A stretch of 64,000 nucleotides of DNA from an uncultured Chloroflexia bacterium (GTDB lineage: Bacteria > Chloroflexota > Limnocylindria > Limnocylindrales > CSP1-4), in NCBI GenBank assembly GCA_963734535.1, contig CAVTHS010000008.1, forward strand, positions 489,155-553,154, read 5' to 3'. The position numbers and the translations under genes are program-made. The notes beneath the pieces are model-generated. The model was not told the DNA's origin. It did not search any database and worked only from the letters and a program-made list of their open reading frames with translations. Numbering within the stretch: position 1 is the first letter of the stretch; every line of letters begins with the position of its first letter. This document shows positions 28,065 through 37,359 of this stretch, in pieces.

Positions 28065-29785
28065 TGGAAGGGGCACCGGTCGCGGAGGGCGCGGGGGGCG
28101 CGCCCGTCGGCGCACCCCACCCGGCCGTCGAGATCTCACCGCGAGCGCGGTTCGAGGTCCTCGGCGCAATCCTGCTCGCGCTCCTTCTCGGCGCGCTCGA
28201 CCAGACGATCGTCGGGACGGCGCTGCCGCGCATCGTCACCGATCTGCACGGCAACGACCTCTACACGTGGGCCGTCACGATCTACCTGCTGACCTCCACG
28301 ATCAGCGTCCCGTTCTACGGCAAGCTGTCCGACTACTACGGCCGGAAGCCCCTCCTCATCTTCGGGATCACGGTCTTCCTGGTCGGCTCTGCGCTCTCGG
28401 GCCTGAGCGGCGAGATGTGGCAGCTGATCCTCTTCCGTGGCATCCAGGGCATCGGGGCCGGCTCGCTCTTCCCGATCTCGCTGGCGGTCATCGGCGACCT
28501 GTTCACGCCCGCCGAACGGGGCAAGTACCAGGGCCTGTTCGGGGCCGTGTTCGGGCTCTCGGCCCTCGTGGGTCCGGCGCTGGGCGGGATCATCACGGAC
28601 ACCGTCGGCTGGCACTGGATCTTCTACATCAACCTGCCCATCGGCCTCTTCTCGCTTCTCGTGGTCAGCCGCGTGCTGCCGAGCGTGAAGCGCCCCTATC
28701 ACTCCCTCGACCTGGACCTCGTCGGCGCGTTCGTCTTCGTGGCCGCGATGATCCCGCTCCTGGTCGGCCTCACGAACAAGCAGACCGCCGACTGGGCGAC
28801 TCCCGAGGTTGGCGGGCTCCTGCTGATCGCTGCGGTGCTCATCCCGGTCTTCCTGTTCATCGAGTCGCGGGTGAAGCAGCCGATCGTCCCGCTCGACCTC
28901 TGGCGCAGCCGCACGTACGCGGGCTCGCAGATCGCGACGTTCTTCGCGGCCTTCGGCTTCTTCTCGGCCACGATCTTCCTGCCGCGCTTCTACCAGGTGG
29001 TCAGGGGCGACAGCGCGACGATCTCGGGCTACGAGCTCTTCCCGCTCCTGGTGGGCGTCATCGTCTCGAGCATCGTCAGCGGCCAGATCGTGGCCCGGAC
29101 GGGCAGGTACAAGGCGCTCCTGCTCGCCTCGGTCGTGTTCGTGGGCGTCGGCTCGCTCCTGTTCACGAACCTCGCCGCGACGTCCGACCCGTGGGTGATC
29201 CGCTTCTGGCAGTTCGTCCTGGGCGCGGGGATCGGCCCCACGCTGGCGGTCTTCACGATCGTGATCCAGAACGCGGTGCCGTTCAGCAAGCTCGGCGTGG
29301 CGACCTCGAACCTCACGTTCTTCCGCCAGATCGGCGGCACCGTGGGCCTCTCGATCGCGGGGTCCCTGTTCGGCACCCAGATCGCCAGCCAGATCCCGGC
29401 CCGCCTCCTCGCGAACGGCATTCCGCAGCAGGCCGTGGCCCAGTTCCAGGGTGGTGGCTTCGATCTCAACAACCTGGTCGGCGTCGGGGGCACGCTGGGC
29501 CAGCAGATCCTTGCGGGTGTCCCGGCCCAGGTCCGGCCGGTCGTGGAACCCTTGATCCCGAAGATCGTGACCTCGATCTACGAGGCGATGTCGCTCGCGA
29601 TCGGGTCCGTCTTCTGGCTGGGGCTGGGAGCCTCCGTGCTCGCATTCCTTGCCGTGCTCGTCATCCGGGAGCTGCCGCTGCGCTCCTCGCTCGGGCCTGC
29701 CCGCGCGCAAACGCCGGGAGCTGCTGCGCCGAACCGGCCCGGCACCGACGGCGTTGGGCACACCCCAGCGCTCGCCGGGGAGTAG
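28061..29785 (+). CDS. MFS DHA2 (EmrB/QacA-like) efflux transporter
   Basis: Motifs LDQTIVGTALP, GKLSDYYGRK, WHWIFYINLP; about 14 TM segments; ATGA overlap with marR. Confidence 0.92.
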   Translation: MMEGAPVAEGAGGAPVGAPHPAVEISPRARFEVLGAILLALLLGALDQTIVGTALPRIVTDLHGNDLYTWAVTIYLLTSTISVPFYGKLSDYYGRKPLLIFGITVFLVGSALSGLSGEMWQLILFRGIQGIGAGSLFPISLAVIGDLFTPAERGKYQGLFGAVFGLSALVGPALGGIITDTVGWHWIFYINLPIGLFSLLVVSRVLPSVKRPYHSLDLDLVGAFVFVAAMIPLLVGLTNKQTADWATPEVGGLLLIAAVLIPVFLFIESRVKQPIVPLDLWRSRTYAGSQIATFFAAFGFFSATIFLPRFYQVVRGDSATISGYELFPLLVGVIVSSIVSGQIVARTGRYKALLLASVVFVGVGSLLFTNLAATSDPWVIRFWQFVLGAGIGPTLAVFTIVIQNAVPFSKLGVATSNLTFFRQIGGTVGLSIAGSLFGTQIASQIPARLLANGIPQQAVAQFQGGGFDLNNLVGVGGTLGQQILAGVPAQVRPVVEPLIPKIVTSIYEAMSLAIGSVFWLGLGASVLAFLAVLVIRELPLRSSLGPARAQTPGAAAPNRPGTDGVGHTPALAGE

Positions 29786-29791
29786 CGGCCG

Positions 29792-30316
29792 GTGGCAGGA
29801 GAGCGCGTCTCGCCGGGGCGCGAGCCCGGGCCCGCGACGCCGCGGATCGTGGCCACCCCGCCGGGGCTGGCCGCACCCGGAACGGCCGGCGCGGCATTCG
29901 TGGCCGTGCTCGCGGTCGCTGACCTGGCGCCGGGCGCAATGGTTCGCGTCACCAATGGCGACCTGGACGTGCTCCTTGCCAACGTCCCCGGCGGCCTGCT
30001 GGCCACCGACGACCGCTGCCCGCACATGGCCGCGCCGCTCTCGCTGGGGCGCCTGGACGGCTGCATCGTGGACTGCCCGCTTCACAACGGGCGCTTCGAC
30101 CTGTGCAGCGGCGAGACGATCCAGATGCCGACGACGGGCGGCCTGGATGCCGACGGCGCTCCGCACCTGCCATGGTCCCCTCCCGGGACCGAGCCGAAGC
30201 CCGAACCCCCCGGCCGAAAGGCCGAGGCACGCCGCCTCACCCGCGTCCGACGCCTCCGCCACTACCCGGTCCGGGTGGTGAACGGGTTCATCGAGGTCGC
30301 CTTCCCGCACACCTGA
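29792..30316 (+). CDS. Rieske [2Fe-2S] ferredoxin-like protein
   Basis: CPH...CPLHNGRFD. Confidence 0.85.
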   Translation: MAGERVSPGREPGPATPRIVATPPGLAAPGTAGAAFVAVLAVADLAPGAMVRVTNGDLDVLLANVPGGLLATDDRCPHMAAPLSLGRLDGCIVDCPLHNGRFDLCSGETIQMPTTGGLDADGAPHLPWSPPGTEPKPEPPGRKAEARRLTRVRRLRHYPVRVVNGFIEVAFPHT

Positions 30317-30405
30317 TCTCGCCCGAGCGACGCTCGGGCGTGCGCCTTCCCTGAACGGTCCCGACGTTGACGGATGCGGGATGGGCCGGTAGGATCGCCA
30401 AGCCC

Positions 30406-32115
30406 ATGAAACACCGGCTCATCAGGGCCGTGGCCGCAATGGCGATCGCCCTGGGGGCGTTCGCGGTCCCCAGCGGCACCGGTCCCACCTTCGCCGGGTC
30501 GACGTGCACGGGCTGGACGAGCACCCTCGTCCCGCCCACGACGATCCGGGTCTACCGATCGACGCTCCGGCGGACCGTCAAGGTTCCGTTCCGGTCCTAC
30601 GTCGAGACGGTGATGGCGTCCGAGTGGGGCCCTTCGAACCCACCCGCAGCCCTCCAGGCCGGCGCGCTCGCCGTGAAGCAGTACGCCTGGTACTACGCCC
30701 GCGTGTGGCGCGGCGGCAGGGATCCGGCTGGCGCCTGCTACGACGTTCGCGACAACGGGTTCGACCAGGTGTACAACCCGTCGCGGGCTCCGGCCCCGGC
30801 CCACCGCGCGGCGGTCGCCGCCACGTGGCCGCTCACGCTGCGCCGCTCGGGCAGCTTCTTCCCCACCGGGTACTGGTCCGGATCCAGCGCGTGCGGGATC
30901 GCAGCCTGGAACGGCCGGCTGCTGCAGCGCGATGCCGCGGATTGCGCCCGCCGCCTGGGCGAGACGTCGGAGCAGATCCTGCGCCGCTTCTACGGCACCA
31001 TCGAGTGGGTCTGGCCCGGCATCAACGACATGACCGGGGATGGCCGGGGCGACGTGGCCACCGTGCAGAGCGCGACGGATGGGACGGTGACGGCGCGCCT
31101 GGTCACCACGGACCCGGCAGCGGTTGCCGCCGATGGCGCCGCCGCCACGACCGCCCTCGACGCGATCCCGCCGGGCGCGAAGCTCCTCGGCCGCGTGGCC
31201 GCCGACGTCAACGGCGATGGGCGACGGGACATCGTCAGCCTGGTGGCAGGCGCGGATGGCGTCGCCGTCCTGCGCGTCATGCTCGCCACCGGGACCGGGT
31301 TCGTGCCGGCCTCCACGTGGTGGTCGAGCGCGGGCGAGCCACAGCCCTTCGACACGACCGGCCTGCGGCTCGTGGGGGGCGACTTCAACGCCGACCGATT
31401 CGCGGACGCGGCCCTGATCCGGGTCGTCCCGGGCGATGCGCCGCGAACCGACGTGCTCGTCGCGACCTCCAACGGGAGCTCGTTCGACCCGGCGGGCGTC
31501 ATGCTGAGCATGCCCGAGGATCTCTCGACGAGCCAATTCCTCGCGGGGGACACGACCGGGGACGGCCGCGCCGACCTCGTGATCCTCCGGCCGACGAGCC
31601 CGGACGTCGCGCCGCCCGTCGACGGCAGCCCGCCGCCCAGCGCCCCTCCCGCCCCGACGGGCACCGCCGTCCAGGTCGCGGTGATGTCGGCGGGAGCGAC
31701 CCTTGGCGCGCCGGCAACCTGGTTGCAGGCGCCCGTGCCGCCCGACGCCATCAAGGCCGTCGTGGGCGACGCCACCCGCGACGGACGCGACGACCTGCTC
31801 GTCGCCGAGCGACAGCCCGATGGGTCGGCCGTCCTCGCCGTCTACGACTCGAGCGCAAAGGCCACCATGAGCCGCGACGTGTATCCGGTCTCGCCCGACC
31901 TGCCGCTCGCCTTCGACGACATCCGCCTCGCGACCGCGGACTTCACCGGCGACGGGATGACGGACCTGCTCGTCTTCAGGAAGCTGCCGGTGGCCGCGGA
32001 CGGCACGGTCCAGGGCGTCGAGATCCAGCGCTACTGGACCACGCCGAACGGGTTCAGCCGGTTCCCCTTGCGGGCCGACCCCACCCTGGACTGGGCGACG
32101 CTCGACCCACTCTGA
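30406..32115 (+). CDS. Secreted SpoIID/LytB-like domain plus FG-GAP/VCBS repeats
   Basis: Signal peptide; YVETVMASEW..ALQAGALAVKQYAW, DQVY; repeated GD.NGDGR.D. Confidence 0.8.
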   Translation: MKHRLIRAVAAMAIALGAFAVPSGTGPTFAGSTCTGWTSTLVPPTTIRVYRSTLRRTVKVPFRSYVETVMASEWGPSNPPAALQAGALAVKQYAWYYARVWRGGRDPAGACYDVRDNGFDQVYNPSRAPAPAHRAAVAATWPLTLRRSGSFFPTGYWSGSSACGIAAWNGRLLQRDAADCARRLGETSEQILRRFYGTIEWVWPGINDMTGDGRGDVATVQSATDGTVTARLVTTDPAAVAADGAAATTALDAIPPGAKLLGRVAADVNGDGRRDIVSLVAGADGVAVLRVMLATGTGFVPASTWWSSAGEPQPFDTTGLRLVGGDFNADRFADAALIRVVPGDAPRTDVLVATSNGSSFDPAGVMLSMPEDLSTSQFLAGDTTGDGRADLVILRPTSPDVAPPVDGSPPPSAPPAPTGTAVQVAVMSAGATLGAPATWLQAPVPPDAIKAVVGDATRDGRDDLLVAERQPDGSAVLAVYDSSAKATMSRDVYPVSPDLPLAFDDIRLATADFTGDGMTDLLVFRKLPVAADGTVQGVEIQRYWTTPNGFSRFPLRADPTLDWATLDPL

Positions 32116-32118
32116 TCC

Positions 32119-33003
32119 TCAGGCGTCCTCGGTCGCGCGGAGGGGGAGGTTCGTCTCCACGAAACGTCGGAGACCGTCCACGACCTCGGCGAGGTCGTCG
32201 GTGACCGTGAAGAGATCCAGGTCGGCCTCCGCGATCGTGCCCTCGGCGAGGAGCGTCCCCCGGAACCACGCGAGCAGGCCCGACCAGTAGGCCGTCCCGA
32301 CCAGGAACACCGGGAAGTGCTTGATCTTGCCGGTCTGGATCAGGGTGAGCGACTCGAACAGCTCGTCCAGCGTCCCGAAGCCGCCGGGGAAGATCACGAA
32401 CCCCTCCGCGTACTTCACGAACATCGTCTTGCGGACGAAGAAGTAGCGGAACTCGACGCCCAGGTCCACCCACGGGTTCAGCCACTGCTCGTGGGGCAGC
32501 TCGATGTTGCAGCCCACGGAGAATCCCCCGGCCTCGAAGCAGCCCCGGTTCGCGGCGGCCATGACGCCGGGCCCGCCGCCCGTGATGACCGTCAGGCCGG
32601 CCTCGGCCAGGAGGCCGCCGAGCTCGCGCGCCTGCTCGTAGACCGGGTCGTCCTCGGCCACCCGCGCGGACCCGAAGACCGTCACGGCGGGCCCGATGCC
32701 CGCCAGCGCGTCGAACCCCTCCACGAACTCGGCCTGGATCCGGAGCGTCCGCCACGGGTCCGAATCGAGGAACGCGGTTCGGCTCCGCCGGAGGAGCCGC
32801 TCGTCGGCGGTACCGGCCCGCGACGGGACCTGGCGGTCCACCGCTTCCCGCCGGACAACGAGCCGGCCCGCCCGCCGGAGCTTGTCGCGCCCGGTCGTGA
32901 TCGGCTCGCCCTCCACGCCGCGGGCGCGAAGGTCCTCCGGCTCGTCGGATCGGGAGGGGGGCGGCGCATCCCGGGACGGGGGCGGCGCGTCGGTGTCTGG
33001 CAT
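32119..33003 (-). CDS. LOG family (TIGR00730) Rossmann-fold protein
   Basis: Motifs TVFGSAR, TGGGPGVM, FRYFFVRK, PGGFGTLDE. Confidence 0.92.
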   Translation of the reverse strand: MPDTDAPPPSRDAPPPSRSDEPEDLRARGVEGEPITTGRDKLRRAGRLVVRREAVDRQVPSRAGTADERLLRRSRTAFLDSDPWRTLRIQAEFVEGFDALAGIGPAVTVFGSARVAEDDPVYEQARELGGLLAEAGLTVITGGGPGVMAAANRGCFEAGGFSVGCNIELPHEQWLNPWVDLGVEFRYFFVRKTMFVKYAEGFVIFPGGFGTLDELFESLTLIQTGKIKHFPVFLVGTAYWSGLLAWFRGTLLAEGTIAEADLDLFTVTDDLAEVVDGLRRFVETNLPLRATEDA

Positions 33004-33031
33004 CGGGACCTCCGGGCGATGGACGGCCGGG

Positions 33032-33406
33032 TCAGGGACCCGGGACGGTGAACCAGGTCTTCCAGGTGGCATCGGCCGGGCCGGCCGTGACCGCATTGCC
33101 GTTCCGGACGAGCGGCAGGCGCAGCAGCCGCGCGTCGCCCAGGAGCCGCGCCGCCAGCTCCGCGTCGTCCATCCGCAGGTAGCCCAGCCCGGCGTCCAGC
33201 CACGGTCGCGCGGTCGTGTCGGCCAGCGCGGCGGCGCCGAGCTTCGCCACGAACCGCTGCAGCTCCCCGGGCGCGATCGGCTTGCGCCGCAGGTCCACGA
33301 AGTGCACCGTGATCCGGCGCTCCTTGAAGAAGCGGAGCGCGGCCCGGGTCGGCTGGCTGTCCTCGCGACCGAAGACCTGGACGCTTGGCGCTGGCGCGGC
33401 AGGCAT
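33032..33406 (-). CDS. ArsC/Spx/YffB-like protein
   Basis: Motifs RFFKERR, GELQRF, LLRLPLVR. Confidence 0.8.
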   Translation of the reverse strand: MPAAPAPSVQVFGREDSQPTRAALRFFKERRITVHFVDLRRKPIAPGELQRFVAKLGAAALADTTARPWLDAGLGYLRMDDAELAARLLGDARLLRLPLVRNGNAVTAGPADATWKTWFTVPGP

Positions 33407-33531
33407 GTCGCGATCGTAGCGCGCCGCCGGCGCGTCGGGGACTCGAGCCGTCCGCAAGGGGGCTCGACCAGCCCGCGGGCACGAGCAGCCCGCGGGGCCC
33501 GGCGCTACCATCGGCGTGGAGGTGATCGAAG

Positions 33532-33810
33532 GTGTCCGTCTGGTTCACGGTCCGGCTCGACGACGCGCCGGGTTCCCTTGCCCGGGCCGCGGCGGCCCTG
33601 GCCGAGCGCGGCGTCAACATCACGGGCATCGTCGGCGTTGCCGAGGACACGGACGGGGAGCTGATGCTCACCACCAGCGACGCGGTCGCGACGCGCGAGG
33701 CGCTGACGGCTCTGGGCGTGGCGTTCGACGAGCACGACCCCACCGACCCGCACGGGCTTGCCGGCCCCGGAGCCCTGGCCGACCTGGCCCGCGGCCTCGC
33801 GGACCGCTGA
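33532..33810 (+). CDS. ACT domain protein
   Basis: LDDAPGSLARAAAALAERGVNI; SD GGAGGT. Confidence 0.75.
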   Translation: MSVWFTVRLDDAPGSLARAAAALAERGVNITGIVGVAEDTDGELMLTTSDAVATREALTALGVAFDEHDPTDPHGLAGPGALADLARGLADR

Positions 33811-33863
33811 GCCCCCGCCGTGCCGCGCCTCGCAGTGCTGCACCCTGACGGTCGCGTGCGCTC

Positions 33864-34556
33864 GTGAGCCCGCGCCGGGGAGCCGCGACCCCGCCGACCG
33901 TCGCCATCCGCGTCATCCATGACGACACGCCCGCGGCGCTCCCGGCGATCCTCGCCACGCTCGCACGGGCCGGCGCGACGCTCCGCACGCTGAGCACGGT
34001 CCGGCGGCTGGACGACACCGGCACCGGGCCGGCCGTCGAGACCGAGATCGAGGTTGAAGGCGTCGACGAGGCGGGCCTCGACGCTGCCACGGCCAACGCG
34101 CCGGGCGTGCGCGAACGGCGGGCGACCCGGACCATGGACCGGATCTTCGGCAAGCGGATCATCGTCGTCGGCGGCGGCGCGCAGGTCGCCCAGGTCGCGC
34201 TCGGCGCCGTCTCGGAGGCCGACCGCCACAACCTGCGCGGCGAACGCATCTCGGTCGACACGATCGCCCTGGTCGGCGAAGCGAACATCGCCGGCGCGGT
34301 CCGGGCAGTGGCGGACCTGCCCCGCGCGCGATGCCTGGTCCTGGCGGGCTCGATCATGGGCGGTGATATCAGCCGGGCCGCGGACGAGCTGCGTGCGGTC
34401 GGCATCCCGATCATCGCCCTCAACATGGTCGGATCCATCACCGACCACGTGGACCTCGTCGTGACCGATCCGGTCCAGGCCGGAACGATGGCGGTCATGG
34501 CGGTCGCCGACACCGCGACCTTCGACCTTGCCCGGCAGCGCGGCCGGCGGTACTGA
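33864..34556 (+). CDS. ACT-like plus DUF5612 (COG1707-like) protein
   Basis: [54 protein letters not shown]. Confidence 0.8.
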   Translation: MSPRRGAATPPTVAIRVIHDDTPAALPAILATLARAGATLRTLSTVRRLDDTGTGPAVETEIEVEGVDEAGLDAATANAPGVRERRATRTMDRIFGKRIIVVGGGAQVAQVALGAVSEADRHNLRGERISVDTIALVGEANIAGAVRAVADLPRARCLVLAGSIMGGDISRAADELRAVGIPIIALNMVGSITDHVDLVVTDPVQAGTMAVMAVADTATFDLARQRGRRY

Positions 34557-34569
34557 GGGGTCCTGCGCC

Positions 34570-35475
34570 GTGCGAATCGCGACCTGGAACGTCAACTCCC
34601 TCAAGGCGCGCCTGGAGAAGGTCGAATGGTGGCTGGAGCGCGCAGCGCCCGACGTGCTGCTGCTCCAGGAGACGAAGCTCTCCGACGACGCCGCTCCCCT
34701 GCTCCCCTTCTCCATGGCCGGCTACGAGCTGCTCCATCACGGCGAGGGGCGCTGGAATGGCGTCGCGATCGCGAGCCGGGTCGGGCTCTCGGACGTGGTC
34801 ACGAACTTCGGGGACGGACCGGTGCGCTCGTCGGCGGCCGGCACCGTCGACGAGGAGGCGTTCGACCCACTCGGCGAGGCCCGGATGGTGAGCGCGGTCT
34901 GCGGCGGGGTCCGGGTGGTCTCCATCTACGCGCCGAACGGCCGCGTGGTCGGGTCGTCGTTCTACGCGGGCAAGCTCGCCTGGTTCGCGCGACTCCGCCG
35001 CTGGCTCGACGCGACCCAGCAGCCTGGGGCCCCGCTCCTGGTCGGCGGCGACTTCAACGTGGCGCCCGCGGACCTCGACGTGTGGGACCCCGCCGCGGCG
35101 CACGGGGGCACGCACGTCTCCGAGCCGGAGCGGGCGGCGTTCCGGACCCTTCTGGACTGGGGGCTGGAGGACACGTGGCGCTCGCGGAACCCGGGCCTCC
35201 GGCGATTCACGTGGTGGGACTACCGGGCCGGGAACTTCCAGCGCGACGAGGGGATGCGAATCGACCACCTCCTGGCGACCGGCCCCGTGACGGCGCGCAT
35301 CGTCGCCGTCGAGGTCGACCGCGAGGCGCGCAAGGGCAAGCCGGTCCCATCCGACCACGCGCCGCTCGTCCTCGACCTCGACGAGCCGGGCCGGCCGTTC
35401 GACGCGGGCTGGTCCGACGCGGCGGCGCGCATCGCCGATCGGGTGGCCGCCCGGCGGAGTGCTGCCGGCGCCTGA
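34570..35475 (+). CDS. xth: Exodeoxyribonuclease III (AP endonuclease)
   Basis: Motifs ATWNVNS, LQETK, GDFNVAP, FTWWDYR, RIDH, SDHAP. Confidence 0.92.
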   Translation: MRIATWNVNSLKARLEKVEWWLERAAPDVLLLQETKLSDDAAPLLPFSMAGYELLHHGEGRWNGVAIASRVGLSDVVTNFGDGPVRSSAAGTVDEEAFDPLGEARMVSAVCGGVRVVSIYAPNGRVVGSSFYAGKLAWFARLRRWLDATQQPGAPLLVGGDFNVAPADLDVWDPAAAHGGTHVSEPERAAFRTLLDWGLEDTWRSRNPGLRRFTWWDYRAGNFQRDEGMRIDHLLATGPVTARIVAVEVDREARKGKPVPSDHAPLVLDLDEPGRPFDAGWSDAAARIADRVAARRSAAGA

Positions 35476-35521
35476 CATCCACCGGCTCGACGCGGCCGTA
35501 TCACCGGGAAACGGAGGTTCG

Positions 35522-36250
35522 ATGACACCCGACGCAGACCAGGCGATCGCGCTGCAGGCCGGACATCCCGGCCCAACGGGCCACCATTCGCACCACGCGA
35601 GCGAGGATGAGGACGCGGACTTCGGCCCGCGGTTCAGGCCCGACGAGCCGCGGACCGTCTCGGACGCGGACCGGCTCCGCTATGAGGGCTACCTCGCCGA
35701 GATCCTCACCGCCCTCGGCCTCGACCTCGACACGCCGGGGACGAGCGCCACGCCGCGCCGGCTCCTGCAGGCGCTCTTCGACACGACGGCCGGGTACGAG
35801 GGAGATCCCAAGCTCCTCACGGCCTTCCCCACCGAGTGCCGGGGCGGCGCGAACTGCGAGATCGCGCAGGTCGTCGAAGGCCCCATCCCGTTCTTCGCGC
35901 TGTGCGAGCACCACGCCCTGCCGTTCTTCGGCAACGTCTACGTCGGATATGTCGCCCACGAGGGGATCATCGGCATCAGCAAGCTGACCCGCCTCGTCCA
36001 CGTGGTGACCCGCCGCTTCGGCGTGCAGGAGCGGATGACCTACCAGATCGCCGACGAGCTCGACCGGATGATGTCGCCGCATGGCGTGGCCGTCTACGCC
36101 GAGGCCCACCACCTCTGCACGCAGATGCGCGGCGTCCGGGAGCTCCACCCGAAGACGCGAACCACCTCGTATCGCGGCGCGTACGTGGAGAGCCCGCAGC
36201 TGCGCGGTGAGTTCTTCGACGTGAGCGGCCTTCGTCGGGCGGAGTCTTGA
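35522..36250 (+). CDS. folE: GTP cyclohydrolase I
   Basis: Motifs TPRR, CEHHALPF, GISKL, VQER, HLCTQMRG. Confidence 0.9.
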   Translation: MTPDADQAIALQAGHPGPTGHHSHHASEDEDADFGPRFRPDEPRTVSDADRLRYEGYLAEILTALGLDLDTPGTSATPRRLLQALFDTTAGYEGDPKLLTAFPTECRGGANCEIAQVVEGPIPFFALCEHHALPFFGNVYVGYVAHEGIIGISKLTRLVHVVTRRFGVQERMTYQIADELDRMMSPHGVAVYAEAHHLCTQMRGVRELHPKTRTTSYRGAYVESPQLRGEFFDVSGLRRAES

Positions 36251-37182
36251 CCGGGTCCGATCCCGCGCTGGCGCCGGGCCACCGGGGAGATTCCCGGCTC
36301 GAACGCCTGTGGGACCGGGCGTCCGACCCCGCGGCGCCGGCGCCATCGCGGCCGGACGTCCGAGGTGGCCGGCTGCCCTCCGGCCTCGGCGATCGCTACG
36401 ACGGCGAGCTGCGCGTCGCCCTGCGCCCCGATCGACCGACCGTGATCGCCAACTTCGTGTCGACGATCGACGGCGTGGTCGCGTTCGACACGGACGGAAG
36501 CACCGGCGGCGGTGAGGTCAGCGGGTTCGCGGACGCGGATCGCTTCGTCATGGGACTGCTCCGGGCGATGGCCGATGTCGTCCTCGTCGGGGCGGGCACG
36601 GTCCGCGCCGCGCCGACGCACGAATGGACGCCGCGGCGCGTCCAGCCGGGGTCGGCCGGGCTGTACGCGTCGTGGCGCGACACGATGGGAATCGCCAGCC
36701 CGCAGCCGACGACGATCGTCGCGACCGCGAGCGGTTCGCTCGATCCGAAGCACCCTGGCCTGTCCGCTCCCGACGTGCCGGTGATCCTGGCCACGACGGA
36801 ATCCGGGGCCGCGCGCCTTCGGGCCGCCGGTCCGGCATCGAACGCGCGGATCGAGGTCGCCGGATCCGGCGGGCCGATTGCGGCGACGGCGCTGGTCGAG
36901 ATTGCCGCCAGGTCCGGCGCACGGGTCGTCCTCTGCGAGGGCGGCCCGCACCTCATCGGCGACCTGCTCGCCGCCGGGCTGCTCGACGAGCTCTTCCTGA
37001 CCCTCGCGCCCCAGCTCGCAGGTCGAGATGACTTGACGCACCGGCTCGCGCTGGTGGAAGGCACCGCGTTCGAGATCGCGAAGGCGCCGTGGGCGCAGCT
37101 CGGGTCCGTACGCAGGTCCGGCGACCATCTCTTCCTTCGCTACCACGTCGGCGGCCCCGCATCGAGGCCGGGAGCCGGGTAG
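36247..37182 (+). CDS. RibD C-terminal-like pyrimidine/dihydrofolate reductase
   Basis: Motifs NFVSTIDG, LRA.ADVVLVGAGT, CEGGP, DELFLTLAP. Confidence 0.85.
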   Translation: MTGSDPALAPGHRGDSRLERLWDRASDPAAPAPSRPDVRGGRLPSGLGDRYDGELRVALRPDRPTVIANFVSTIDGVVAFDTDGSTGGGEVSGFADADRFVMGLLRAMADVVLVGAGTVRAAPTHEWTPRRVQPGSAGLYASWRDTMGIASPQPTTIVATASGSLDPKHPGLSAPDVPVILATTESGAARLRAAGPASNARIEVAGSGGPIAATALVEIAARSGARVVLCEGGPHLIGDLLAAGLLDELFLTLAPQLAGRDDLTHRLALVEGTAFEIAKAPWAQLGSVRRSGDHLFLRYHVGGPASRPGAG

Positions 37183-37359
37183 CGGCCCGCGCGTTGATGG
37201 CCGGGTAGCGGGCCCGCGCGTGCTGGGCCGGGTACCCGGCCCAGTTCTCCGGGCCGGTTCTCCAGGCCCGGTTCTCCACGGCGACGCGGCCTAGACTGGA
37301 GGCTGGCGATCCCCAATTCGGTGATCGCCCGTCGGAAGGACGGGATTTCGGGACCGCGG

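Noticed and set aside
37176-37277. GC-rich repeats between ribD-like and cydA
   Set aside because: Degenerate low-complexity repeats with no recognisable element
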